DNA of 64,000 bases from an uncultured SAR86 cluster bacterium (GTDB lineage: Bacteria > Pseudomonadota > Gammaproteobacteria > Magnimaribacterales > D2472). Shown in pieces: positions 8,448 through 18,121 of the stretch. Positions within the stretch are counted from its first letter, which is position 1; the number at the start of each line of letters is the position of its first letter. The translations under genes and the position numbers were made by a program. The stretch is taken from assembly GCA_902518715.1 (NCBI GenBank), contig CABYHU010000002.1, positions 37,356-101,355 on the forward strand, read 5' to 3'. Under the pieces are notes generated by a model. That model was not told where the DNA came from and searched no databases. It saw nothing but the letters and a program-made list of their open reading frames with translations.

Positions 8448-9747
8448 TCAATTTAAGAGAAATTCTCTCTCTATCAGAATCAATTCCAAAAATAACGCAT
8501 GTAATTTTGTCGCCTTTTGAGAATTTTTCTAAAGCCTCCTTGGCATTATCTTCCTCAGAAATATCTGAAAGATGAATTAAACCATCTATGTTGCCCTCAA
8601 GGCCAACAAAAATACCAAAATCAGTGATAGATTTAATTTCGCCCTCAACATTGTCACCAAGATTATATTTATTATCAAACTCAACCCAAGGGTTTGGTTT
8701 AGTTTGCTTTAACCCTAAAGATATTCTTCTTTTTTCTCTATCAATTTCTAAAATCATTACTTTAATTTTTTCATCTTGAGAAACAACTTTTGAAGGGTGT
8801 ATATTTTTTGAAGTCCAGTCTAGCTCTGATAAGTGAATCAAGCCTTCGATACCTTGCTCAAGCTCTGCAAAGCAACCATAATCTGTAACATTGCTAACCA
8901 ACGCCTCATAAATTCCACCTGAACTATATTTGGAGTCAATTTCTTCCCAAGGATCGTTTTGTATTTGTTTTAAACCAAGAGATACTCTTAACTTCTCTTT
9001 ATCAAAGCTTAATACTTTTACTTCGACCTCTTCTCCTAAATTTAGTGAATCTGCAGGATTGATTACTCTAGACCATGAAATATCTGTTATGTGCAATAAT
9101 CCATCAAGTCCGCCGAGATCAATAAATGCTCCGTAATCAGTAATATTCTTTACTATTCCTTTAACTATTTGTCCCTCTTCTAAATTTTTAAGCAACTCTA
9201 GCTTTTCAGCACTATTAGCTTCTTCCAGCACAGCTTTTCTTGATAGAACAACATTATTTCTTTTGTAATCGAGCTTTATAACTTTGAAGTCTTGAATAGT
9301 GTTTTCAATGTTTGGAGCTTCTTTTAGTGGCCTAGTGTCTACTAGCGATCCCGGAAGAAATGCTTTAACTACATCCACCTCAACTGCAAAACCACCCTTG
9401 ACTCGATTTAATATTTTACCAGTTACAAATTCACCAGTTTCTAAAGCATGTTCAAGATTTTTCCAAGTAGAAATTTTTCTTGCTTTCTCTCGTGAGATTC
9501 TTGTCTCCCCGTAGCCATCTTCAACGGCCTCTAAGGCAACTTCGATTTGATCACCAACCTCAATATTTAACTGGCCATCATTTGTTCTAAATTCATCAAT
9601 TGAGATTACACCCTCAGATTTGAGACCAACATGAACTGTGACCCAGTTTTTATCAATATCCAAAACAACTCCAGATACTATTGATCCCGGCTGCATTTCA
9701 AGACTTGCAATGCTCTCATCTAAAAGGTCTGCAAAAGATTCACTCAT
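8440..9747 (-). CDS. rpsA: 30S ribosomal protein S1 (five S1 domains)
   Basis: The N-terminus MSESFADLLDESIASLEMQPGSIVSGVV closely parallels E. coli S1. I count five S1 repeats (for example GQIVKGIVKNITDYGAFIDLGGLDGLLHITDISW). It is 435 aa against 557 aa and six domains in E. coli. Confidence 0.95.
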   Translation of the reverse strand: MSESFADLLDESIASLEMQPGSIVSGVVLDIDKNWVTVHVGLKSEGVISIDEFRTNDGQLNIEVGDQIEVALEAVEDGYGETRISREKARKISTWKNLEHALETGEFVTGKILNRVKGGFAVEVDVVKAFLPGSLVDTRPLKEAPNIENTIQDFKVIKLDYKRNNVVLSRKAVLEEANSAEKLELLKNLEEGQIVKGIVKNITDYGAFIDLGGLDGLLHITDISWSRVINPADSLNLGEEVEVKVLSFDKEKLRVSLGLKQIQNDPWEEIDSKYSSGGIYEALVSNVTDYGCFAELEQGIEGLIHLSELDWTSKNIHPSKVVSQDEKIKVMILEIDREKRRISLGLKQTKPNPWVEFDNKYNLGDNVEGEIKSITDFGIFVGLEGNIDGLIHLSDISEEDNAKEALEKFSKGDKITCVIFGIDSDRERISLKLSE

Positions 9748-10397
9748 AAAATATTCCTTTCTTTAATATGTTGAAGAGCCTCATTTAAGATAGATTCCTG
9801 ATCTAAATTTGTAGAATCTAATAAAATAGAATCTTCTGTTTTAATCAGTGGAGATAAATCTCTTGTTCTGTCTTTTTTATCTCTTTCAACAATATCATTT
9901 ATTAGGTCGTGCATATTAACTTCTTGTCCTCTTTTCTGCAACTCTAAATGCCTTCTTTTTGCTCTTACTTCAGGAGCTGCATCAAGGAAAAATTTTAAAT
10001 CTGCATCAGGAAAAACTACGCTCCCCATGTCTCTGCCATCTGCAATAAGATTACTTGTTTCTGAAAAGAATCTTTGTATTGGAAGAAGTATTTCTCTTGT
10101 TGATAACAAAGAGCTTATTTTCGATGCTTGAATGGCTGTCTCTTCAGTTCTTAGATGCCTTGAAATATCTTCATTTTCAAATAGGACTTGAATAGTATTA
10201 TCAACGATATTAAAGCTGATCTTTCTTAAATTTTTTTCAATTAATCTCTCATCATTTTCGCTTATTGAGAAATATGCAAAAGCCCTATATAAAGCACCAC
10301 TATCAAGTATTTTCCAGTTCAGTCTCTCTGCTAACAAAATTGCTAATGTGCCTTTTCCTGATGCTGAAGGTCCGTCAATAGTTATTACCTTATTCAT
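9744..10397 (-). CDS. cmk: Cytidylate kinase
   Basis: The P-loop is ITIDGPSASGKGT. It is 217 aa and occupies the conserved aroA-cmk-rpsA position. Confidence 0.9.
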   Translation of the reverse strand: MNKVITIDGPSASGKGTLAILLAERLNWKILDSGALYRAFAYFSISENDERLIEKNLRKISFNIVDNTIQVLFENEDISRHLRTEETAIQASKISSLLSTREILLPIQRFFSETSNLIADGRDMGSVVFPDADLKFFLDAAPEVRAKRRHLELQKRGQEVNMHDLINDIVERDKKDRTRDLSPLIKTEDSILLDSTNLDQESILNEALQHIKERNIL

Positions 10398-11707
10398 ACT
10401 GTTTTTATTTTTGCTCCCAAAGACGAAAAGGTCTCAAAAAAGCTTGGAAAGGATGTATCAATATTTTTGCAATCATTTACATGCACTTCTGAATCAAATC
10501 TTAATCCAGCAATTAAAAAACTCATAGCGATTCTGTGATCACCAAAAGAGTCAATATTAACTTCTTTTGAGATATTTAGATCTCTATTTCCCATAATTAC
10601 AATACTGTCATCTGAAGATTTATAACTTACGCCCAACATATCTAATCCCTTTTCAATAGCCATAAGCCTATCAGATTCTTTAAATCTCAACTCACCCGCA
10701 CCAGTTATAGATGTCTCACCTTTAGCAAAGCTTGCCGCAATAGACAAAATCGGAATTTCATCAATAATTTTAGGAATAGACTCCTCATCAATACTTATCC
10801 CGCTCAAAGCAGAAGAAGAAACTTCAATATCTGCTACCTCTTCACCACAACAAATTGAACGATTTTTAATATTAATATCTGAGCCCATTTTTTTGAGGAT
10901 TTCTAGTAATGTGAATCTTGTCTCGTTAATCCCAACATTCTTAATTGTAATTGAACTATCTTTAGTTATGAGTGCAGCCACAATTAAAAATGATGCTGAG
11001 GAAAAATCTCCAACCACTGAATAATCTTTTGCTTCGAGTTTATTATTGGCATCAAGAATAATATCTTGCCCGCCTTTATGTTTTTTTGTAGTTATATTTG
11101 CTCCAAAATATTTAAGCATCCTTTCGGTATGGTCCCTAGAAACTTTATTCTCATGCAAAGTTAACTTCATATTTGATGAAACAGCTGCTAAAAGAAGACA
11201 TGATTTAAGTTGTGCGCTGGCAATTGGCATTTCATATAGGAATTCTTTTACCAGCTTACTCTTATTAAAAGTTAATGGAGCACAGCCTTTATTAGATTCG
11301 ATCTTAGCACCCATTTCATTCAAGGGGTTTATTATCCTGTTCATTGGACGCTTACTTAAAGAATCATCGCCTACGAGTTCGGCAACTATTTTTTGACCAA
11401 CAATCAAACCTGAAATTAATCTAAATCCTGTTCCAGAGTTACCTAAATTGCAAGAAACTTTTTGATCAGAAATTTTCTTCCTAGAATTCTTAACCGAAAT
11501 TATGTCATCATCGATTTCAATTTCATGACCTAGATTTCTCAAAGCGCCAATAGTGGACAAAGGATCTTCAGCAAATAGAAACCCACTTATTTGAATATCT
11601 TCATCAAGTAAGGAGCCAATTATTACAGATCTCTGTGAAATAGACTTATCTCCTGGACAAGTGACTGTTCCTTGTAAATTATTCGATCTTTTTGAGGATG
11701 CTTTCAC
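10394..11707 (-). CDS. aroA: 3-phosphoshikimate 1-carboxyvinyltransferase (EPSP synthase)
   Basis: 437 aa. It has PGDKSISQR and LGNSGTGFR, which correspond to the EPSPS motifs PGDKSISHR and LGNAGTAMR. Confidence 0.9.
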   Translation of the reverse strand: MKASSKRSNNLQGTVTCPGDKSISQRSVIIGSLLDEDIQISGFLFAEDPLSTIGALRNLGHEIEIDDDIISVKNSRKKISDQKVSCNLGNSGTGFRLISGLIVGQKIVAELVGDDSLSKRPMNRIINPLNEMGAKIESNKGCAPLTFNKSKLVKEFLYEMPIASAQLKSCLLLAAVSSNMKLTLHENKVSRDHTERMLKYFGANITTKKHKGGQDIILDANNKLEAKDYSVVGDFSSASFLIVAALITKDSSITIKNVGINETRFTLLEILKKMGSDINIKNRSICCGEEVADIEVSSSALSGISIDEESIPKIIDEIPILSIAASFAKGETSITGAGELRFKESDRLMAIEKGLDMLGVSYKSSDDSIVIMGNRDLNISKEVNIDSFGDHRIAMSFLIAGLRFDSEVHVNDCKNIDTSFPSFFETFSSLGAKIKTV

Positions 11708-12531
11708 AATTTTTGTTTTTTGTTTCTTATTTCAACTAGTAATTCTCTGAGAGTTTCAGGATCTTTAAATAAATCAATAATTTTATTCAAATTATTAATA
11801 AAAATTTCTGAGCCAACTTTTAAATTTTTTGAATTTGATGAAAAAATATCTGTCCACAGATCTGGATTAGATTCTGCAATTCTCAAGAATTCTTTTAAAC
11901 CTCCAGCTGAAAATTTAGAAATATCTACCTCGTCATCTATTGAAAGCATTGTTGTGTATGCAATTAAATGCGGAAGATGACTGGTAAACATTAAAAATCT
12001 CTCATGATCATCAAGTGACATATTGATAATATTTGATCCAATAGAAGACCAGATCTTTTCTATTTCATGAGTCTGATTTTCTTGAAGATCATTTACATTA
12101 ACACTTATGACATTTTTTTGATTAAACAAATTTGGGGATGCATTTTCATAACCTGATTTATGTGAGCCCGAAATTGGATGCGTAAATATAATATTTTTTA
12201 TACCCTCTAATTCAACAAAGTCATTTATTGTGGATAAGGAGCTTGCTAGTGATACAAAAAGGATTTTTTCATCTATAGCTTTCAAAGATTTCAAGTTTTC
12301 AATTGTTTTATCAATAGATGAACAAAGCATAATCAATGACAGATCTTCTATTTGGAGCATTGTCTCCATTTCATAAACCGCTTCATCAATTGATTTATCA
12401 TTTAATGCATTTTCAAGACTTAACTGATCTGGATCATAAGCATAGATTCGATATTCAAGCTCACTCTCTTTTATGGCTTTAGCAAGTGAACCACCGATTA
12501 AACCTAAACCTAAAATTAAAATACTCTTCAT
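11704..12531 (-). CDS. tyrA: Prephenate/arogenate dehydrogenase
   Basis: It has an N-terminal Rossmann motif (ILILGLGLIGGSLA), HPISGSHKSG and SHLPHLIAY. It is 275 aa and lies between pheA and aroA. Confidence 0.78.
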   Translation of the reverse strand: MKSILILGLGLIGGSLAKAIKESELEYRIYAYDPDQLSLENALNDKSIDEAVYEMETMLQIEDLSLIMLCSSIDKTIENLKSLKAIDEKILFVSLASSLSTINDFVELEGIKNIIFTHPISGSHKSGYENASPNLFNQKNVISVNVNDLQENQTHEIEKIWSSIGSNIINMSLDDHERFLMFTSHLPHLIAYTTMLSIDDEVDISKFSAGGLKEFLRIAESNPDLWTDIFSSNSKNLKVGSEIFINNLNKIIDLFKDPETLRELLVEIRNKKQKL

Positions 12532-13637
12532 GAATGCATGGGGTATGATCCAAGAACTTTTACAAAGCTGCTCACATCTTTTACTTTTTTTATAACTTGT
12601 TGCATTTCTTTTTCATCGATATGTCCTTCACTATCAATAAAGAAATCATGAGAGCCTCTATCTGATCTTGAGGGCCTGGTTTCAATCCTAAAGAGATTTA
12701 TGTTGTATTCATTAAATGGCTTTAATATTTCTAAAAGAGCTCCGGGTTTATTTTCAGTCCTAATCAAAAGACTAGACTTATTTTTTTCTGCAATTTCTGG
12801 TTCAAAATTCCCTATAACAAGAAATCTAGTTTGATTATCTTTAAAATCTTGAATTGACTTTGCAACACAATGTAATTGATATTTTTCGATAGCTAAATCA
12901 CTGACAATCGCAACACAGTTATCGTTATTACTAACAAACTTTGCTGCTTCAGCTGTGCTGTTCATTGGAACTTGGTTAATATCTCTAAAATTGTTACTAA
13001 TCCATTTTGAACACTGACCCAGAGCTTGTGGATGAGAAACTACTTTCTTGATTTGGGAAATTTCAATATCTTTTTTAGCAGCAAGATGATGCTCAATATT
13101 AACGATTGTCTCTCCACAAATCTGTATATTGAAGTCGGATAAGCAATTTAGAGTTGTATTTATTACTCCTTCAGAGGAGTTCTCGAAAGGAACTATGCCA
13201 AAATTTGTAGTTCCCATCTCGACACTCTTGAAAATTCCCTCAATTGTACTTTCTGACTGTGAAGTAACAGAGCTTCCAAAATGATCTTTTTTAGCAGAAT
13301 CTGAAAAACTCCCTTCAGGCCCTAAATATGATATTGATAGTTCGCCTTCAATCGAAAGACATGCAGAAATAATTTCTCTAAAGATATTCTTTACATTATC
13401 AATTGTTAGAGGCTCACTATTTTTCTTAGTAAGCCTATCAATTATTTCTTTCTCTCTTTCTGGTTTATAAAAGACTCCATCGAAATCGGGAGATTCTTTT
13501 TTAATTTCGCCTATTTTAGAAGCATGAATAGCTCTTGATTTAATTAAATCAAGTATTTTGAGATCTATTTCATCTATTATATCTCTTAGATCTTTTACTT
13601 TATTTTCCATTCCCATTATAGCTTCTCTCAAAATCAC
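12528..13637 (-). CDS. pheA: Bifunctional chorismate mutase / prephenate dehydratase (P-protein)
   Basis: It has an N-terminal CM helix region (LRDIIDEIDLKILDLIKSRA), a PDT domain (ISYLGPEGSFS, TRFLVIG) and an ACT domain (RIETRPSR). The true start is probably the internal Met at 13616 or 13610, which shortens the overlap with serC. Confidence 0.9.
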   Translation of the reverse strand: MILREAIMGMENKVKDLRDIIDEIDLKILDLIKSRAIHASKIGEIKKESPDFDGVFYKPEREKEIIDRLTKKNSEPLTIDNVKNIFREIISACLSIEGELSISYLGPEGSFSDSAKKDHFGSSVTSQSESTIEGIFKSVEMGTTNFGIVPFENSSEGVINTTLNCLSDFNIQICGETIVNIEHHLAAKKDIEISQIKKVVSHPQALGQCSKWISNNFRDINQVPMNSTAEAAKFVSNNDNCVAIVSDLAIEKYQLHCVAKSIQDFKDNQTRFLVIGNFEPEIAEKNKSSLLIRTENKPGALLEILKPFNEYNINLFRIETRPSRSDRGSHDFFIDSEGHIDEKEMQQVIKKVKDVSSFVKVLGSYPMHS

Positions 13638-14688
13638 TCATGAAAGAAACCAAATCCTCCACAGCTTCAAACGGAGTAGCATTATATATACTTGCACGCA
13701 TACCTCCAACTGATCTGTGGCCTTTTAGATTTAAGAGGCCTTTTATTTCTGCTTTTTCAAGAAATGCAGAATCAGCATTCTCATCATCAAGGAGAAAAGG
13801 AACATTCATAATTGATCGATATTCTTTCTCAACTGGATTTGAGTAAAAGGAAGAGGAATCTATAAAGTCATATAGGAGCTTTGCTTTTTTTTCATTTTCT
13901 TTTTGAATGCTTTTTACTCCACCTTTTTTTAAAAGCCATTTAAATACTTTTCCGGCAAGATACCATGCAAAAGTAGGTGGAGTGTTTAACATAGAGCCTG
14001 CCTGACTATTTTTTTTATAACTAAGAATGTCAGGAATATCTTCATTAGCTTTTTCTAAAAAATCTTTTTTTATGATTACTAAGGTTAATCCAGCAGGGCC
14101 AATATTCTTTTGAGCGCCCGCATATACAAGATCAAGGTTATGAAAATCAACTTCTTCACTTAGAATGCATGAAGACATATCACAAATAACAGGTATCTCA
14201 GATGAGATTGGATCTCGTATTGCAAGCCCCTGTATTGTCTCATTCATAACATAATGAAAATAAATGCTATCGGAATCTACTCTCCATTCTTTAGTACTGG
14301 GAACATATGTATACTTTGATTCCTCTGAAGATGCGACAACATTAACTGAGGCATATTTAGATGCAGCCTTAATAGCTTTTTTTGACCATAGTCCGGTATT
14401 AAGGTAGCTTACAATAGAACTTTCTTTAGTGAAGTTTAATGGGACAGATGTAAATTGTAGTGTTGCTCCACCTTGTAGAAAAAGAACTTCATGATCGTCT
14501 CCAATATTTAAAAGAGCTTTTATATCTGTAGTTGAAGAGGTTGCAACTTCAGCAAATAAATCAGATCTATGACTAACCTCCATGACTGAAGAACCAGAGA
14601 GGCCCCACTCCAAGAGTTCGTTTTGCGCTTCTATTAATACTTCTTCAGGAATTGCTGCAGGGCCAGCACAAAAATTCCACTTCCTCAT
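13600..14688 (-). CDS. serC: Phosphoserine aminotransferase
   Basis: 362 aa. [13 protein letters not shown] at the N-terminus and a C-terminal [10 protein letters not shown] are typical of SerC. It follows gyrA, as in other gammaproteobacteria. Confidence 0.92.
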   Translation of the reverse strand: MRKWNFCAGPAAIPEEVLIEAQNELLEWGLSGSSVMEVSHRSDLFAEVATSSTTDIKALLNIGDDHEVLFLQGGATLQFTSVPLNFTKESSIVSYLNTGLWSKKAIKAASKYASVNVVASSEESKYTYVPSTKEWRVDSDSIYFHYVMNETIQGLAIRDPISSEIPVICDMSSCILSEEVDFHNLDLVYAGAQKNIGPAGLTLVIIKKDFLEKANEDIPDILSYKKNSQAGSMLNTPPTFAWYLAGKVFKWLLKKGGVKSIQKENEKKAKLLYDFIDSSSFYSNPVEKEYRSIMNVPFLLDDENADSAFLEKAEIKGLLNLKGHRSVGGMRASIYNATPFEAVEDLVSFMSDFERSYNGNGK

Positions 14689-17222
14689 TCTTCCTCATCT
14701 TCAGGATCTATCCTTACACATTCAAGGATTTTTTCACCCTCTTTTGGAGTAATTATTTTTACACCTTGGGTATTTCTGCTAATTGTTGGTATTTGTTCAG
14801 CAGAGGTTCTAATCATTGTGCCTTTATCACTTATAAGCATTATTCCGTCATTATTATCAACGAGAGTTGACGCAACCATGAGCCCATTCCTTTCACTAGT
14901 TTTAATAGAAATTACACCCTGGCCTCCCCGATTATGTGTTGGGAAATCATCAACTGATGTCTTTTTACCAAATCCATTTTCAGAAACGCATAGAATCTCT
15001 TTTTCATTATCTGCAACCATTAAAGAAATAATTTGTTGATCTTTTTTAATACGCATTCCTCTTACGCCTCTAGCTGTTCTTCCCATTGGTCTTACTTTCT
15101 TCTCTGAAAATCTTATTAGCTTTCCTGCTGAGGAAGCCAAAAGTATTTCATCGCCTCCATTTGTAATTGCTGAGCCAATAAGTTCATCATCAGCATCTAA
15201 ATTAATTGCTTTAATTCCTGATTTATATTTTTTTGCAAAAAAGCTTAATTGTGTTTTTTTGGTTGTGCCCTTTCTGGTTGCCATGAAAACATATCTATCC
15301 TCTGAAAACTCATCCACAGGTAAAATATCACTGACCTTTTCATCATCATCTAAATTAAGCATATTCACCAGGGGTCTTCCTTTTGATGTTCTACTTGCAA
15401 CAGGAACTTCATAAACCTTCAACCAATAAACTTTCCCTTTTGTCGTAAAACAAAGCATTTGTGAATGACTGCTTAATACATAAAGATTTTGAATAACATC
15501 CTCTTCTTTAACTGAGGCAGCGGCTTTGCCCTGGCCTCCTCTTCTCTGTTCTCTATATTCTTCAAGCGGTTGAGTTTTTGCGTATCCTGTCCTTGATATT
15601 GTTAGTACTCTTGTTTCCTCTGGTATTAAATCTTCATTTGAAATATCTTGTCTAGTGTCATTTATATCTGTTCTTCTATCGTCACCATAAGTTTCTTTTA
15701 TCTCATTAAGCTCATCTTCTATGACTTTTTGAAGAACCCCTTTATCATCAATAATTTCTTGAAGTGAAGTAATCTTTTCAATTAGAGAATTAAACTCACT
15801 AGATAGATTATCTTGCTCAAGTCCAGTTAATCTTCCAAGCCTTAATTCAAGAATGGCTTTTGCCTGATCATTAGAAATTTTATATGATTTCCCTGTTAAC
15901 CCAACGCCTTTTACTACGCCCTTTGGCTTACATGCATCTTTTCCTACCTTCTTAAGAATTGCTTCTACAGGACCAGCTTTCCATTTCTTTTTGACTAGCT
16001 CCTGAGCTGCTATCTTTGGGTCCTTAGATTTTTTAATAATCTTTATGATTTCATCGATATTAGCAATGGCAACCATTAAGCCTTCTACAATATGGCCTCT
16101 TTCTTTAGCCTTTCTAAGCTCGAATTTTGTTCTTTTTAAAACAACGTCCTTTCTATGCTTTAAAAATTCTTGAAGGATTTCTTTTAAATTCAGAACTTTT
16201 GGTTGTCCATCAACTAAGACAGTGAAGTTAATTCCAAATGACTGCTCAAGTTGAGTCTGAGCAAAAAGATTATTTTCTAATACTTCAACAGACTCCCCCT
16301 TCTTAACATCGATAACTATTCTTAGCCCATCTTTATCGCTTTCGTCTCTGATCTCACTTATACCATCAAGTTTTTTCTCTTTAACAAGCTCTGCTATCTT
16401 CTCGAGAGTTCTTGCTTTGTTGACCATGAAAGGTATTTCATAGATAACTAAAGATTTCTTTCCATTTTTGCTTTCCTCTACCTTTGATTTAGATCGCACA
16501 TAAATTATTCCTCTTCCAGTCTTATATGCCTCATAGATACCCATTTTCCCGTCAATAGTTCCCCCGGTCGGGAAATCAGGTCCGCTTATTGAATCAATGA
16601 TCTGATCAATAGATAATTTTGGATTCTCAAGCAGCTTTAGAGAACCATTTATTACTTCAGTGAGATTATGTGGAGGAACATTTGTTGCCATACCCACTGC
16701 TATACCCGATGATCCATTAATTAAAAGATTTGGGATTTTGGTTGGCATAACATCAGGCATTTGTTCAGAGCCATCATAATTTTCTGAAAAAGAGACAGTT
16801 TCTTTTTCTAAATCAGCAAGAATTTCATCAGAAATTTTTTGCATCCTTACTTCCGTATATCTCATAGCAGCTGGAGGATCTCCATCTATTGAGCCAAAGT
16901 TTCCTTGGCCCTCTATGAGCGTATATCTCATTGAAAAATCTTGAGCCATTCTAACAATCGCATCATATGCAGCAGAATCTCCATGAGGATGATATTTACC
17001 AATTACATCTCCTACGACCCTTGCAGATTTTTTATATGGTTTATTGTAATTATTTTTAAGATCATGCATTGCATAAAGTATTCTTCTATGCACAGGTTTT
17101 AAGCCATCACGAACATCTGGTAGTGCCCTTCCATGAATTACACTCATGGCATAGCTTAGGTAAGACTGTTTTAGCTCATCCTCGATATTAACAGGAAGGA
17201 TTTCTTTAGCAAAATCTGACAT
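14685..17222 (-). CDS. gyrA: DNA gyrase subunit A
   Basis: 845 aa. The QRDR-type segment is [18 protein letters not shown] and the catalytic Tyr motif is AAMRYTE. The C-terminal region has the beta-pinwheel repeats. Confidence 0.97.
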   Translation of the reverse strand: MSDFAKEILPVNIEDELKQSYLSYAMSVIHGRALPDVRDGLKPVHRRILYAMHDLKNNYNKPYKKSARVVGDVIGKYHPHGDSAAYDAIVRMAQDFSMRYTLIEGQGNFGSIDGDPPAAMRYTEVRMQKISDEILADLEKETVSFSENYDGSEQMPDVMPTKIPNLLINGSSGIAVGMATNVPPHNLTEVINGSLKLLENPKLSIDQIIDSISGPDFPTGGTIDGKMGIYEAYKTGRGIIYVRSKSKVEESKNGKKSLVIYEIPFMVNKARTLEKIAELVKEKKLDGISEIRDESDKDGLRIVIDVKKGESVEVLENNLFAQTQLEQSFGINFTVLVDGQPKVLNLKEILQEFLKHRKDVVLKRTKFELRKAKERGHIVEGLMVAIANIDEIIKIIKKSKDPKIAAQELVKKKWKAGPVEAILKKVGKDACKPKGVVKGVGLTGKSYKISNDQAKAILELRLGRLTGLEQDNLSSEFNSLIEKITSLQEIIDDKGVLQKVIEDELNEIKETYGDDRRTDINDTRQDISNEDLIPEETRVLTISRTGYAKTQPLEEYREQRRGGQGKAAASVKEEDVIQNLYVLSSHSQMLCFTTKGKVYWLKVYEVPVASRTSKGRPLVNMLNLDDDEKVSDILPVDEFSEDRYVFMATRKGTTKKTQLSFFAKKYKSGIKAINLDADDELIGSAITNGGDEILLASSAGKLIRFSEKKVRPMGRTARGVRGMRIKKDQQIISLMVADNEKEILCVSENGFGKKTSVDDFPTHNRGGQGVISIKTSERNGLMVASTLVDNNDGIMLISDKGTMIRTSAEQIPTISRNTQGVKIITPKEGEKILECVRIDPEDEEE

Positions 17223-17238
17223 TTTTTTGGATTTTTAA

Positions 17239-17267
17239 AGTATAAAAATTTGATAATTCAGGATCAA
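17239..17267 (-). promoter_or_regulatory. Candidate sigma70-type promoter for gyrA (-35 TTGATC, 17-nt spacer, -10 TATACT)
   Basis: This is read on the minus strand in the 91-bp spacer upstream of the gyrA ATG. The -10 element ends 16 nt before the start codon. In AT-rich DNA such matches arise by chance, so confidence is low. Confidence 0.3.
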
Positions 17268-17313
17268 ATTTTAACTATTATTTTACCACGAAAATGGCTT
17301 GAAATGCCTGTTT

Positions 17314-18090
17314 TTATTGAGGTTTATAGTAATCAACTCTTTCAATATCCTCTTCTACACAAGCTTCTCCATATTGAATTTCAATAAGGTGACAAGTTTC
17401 GTCAAAAGGATTTGTTATTTGATGCCATTTTCCAACTGGAACATGATAATCATCAAACTTTTCAAGTTGAATATTTTTTCTATTATCAGGAGTATCGTCG
17501 CTGTAATTTACAACACATTTACCTTTACTTACGAGCCAAATTTCATTTCTTTTAAAGTGTTTTTGGAAGCTCATGCCTTCACCAGGGCTAACTATTAATT
17601 CCTTCACTTTTATTTCCTGACCATCTTCAAACAAATTATAGAAAGTTCCCCATAATCTATCTTCTTTGTAGTATTGCCAATTTTTAAGAATCCAGCTTGA
17701 AGAATTTTTTTTATCATCTCCGCCTACACTGAACAAGAACTCTATCCCACTAACTTGCATCTCAGGAATATTTTCTTTATTACGATCTCCACCATTAGCA
17801 AAAATTATCTCTTCATTGGGATACATGGATTTAATTTTTTCTAAACCTTTTATGCAACTACCATGATCATCATCTTCAAAATCAATTACTTCATCGACAA
17901 AACTTAAATTTTCAATAATGATTTTTCGCTCATGAAATGGCATAAATGCTTTGCCTTTCTTCTTTTCAAGCCAAGTGTCGCTATTAAGAGCTATTACTAA
18001 TTTATCACCATGTGATCTTGCAGCCTTAAAATAGGCAATATGACCTGAATGAATTGGATCAAAGCCTCCGCTTACAACAACGATTCTCAT
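17314..18090 (-). CDS. Fusion protein: HldE-domain-II-like HIGH-motif adenylyl/cytidylyltransferase plus type II phosphomannose-isomerase-like cupin
   Basis: The N-terminal part (IVVVSGGFDPIHSGHIAYFKAARSHGDKLVIALNSD..FEDD..KKNSSS) parallels RfaE/HldE domain II. The C-terminal part (RLWGTFY..VKELIVSPGEGMSFQKHFKRNEIWLV..HQITNP..LIEIQYGEACVEEDIERVDYY) parallels the C-terminal cupin of ManC/AlgA. Confidence 0.7.
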   Translation of the reverse strand: MRIVVVSGGFDPIHSGHIAYFKAARSHGDKLVIALNSDTWLEKKKGKAFMPFHERKIIIENLSFVDEVIDFEDDDHGSCIKGLEKIKSMYPNEEIIFANGGDRNKENIPEMQVSGIEFLFSVGGDDKKNSSSWILKNWQYYKEDRLWGTFYNLFEDGQEIKVKELIVSPGEGMSFQKHFKRNEIWLVSKGKCVVNYSDDTPDNRKNIQLEKFDDYHVPVGKWHQITNPFDETCHLIEIQYGEACVEEDIERVDYYKPQ

Positions 18091-18121
18091 CCATATTATT
18101 TTAACACTTTTTAAGGCTAGC

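Noticed and set aside
13600-13637. 38-nt overlap between serC and the pheA ORF as tracked. Similarly, there is a 50-nt scpA/scpB overlap at 24952-25001.
   Set aside because: Internal Met codons (pheA at 13616/13610; scpB at 24968/24959) give conventional short overlaps and N-termini that match family expectations. These are probably start-codon over-extensions and not real long overlaps.
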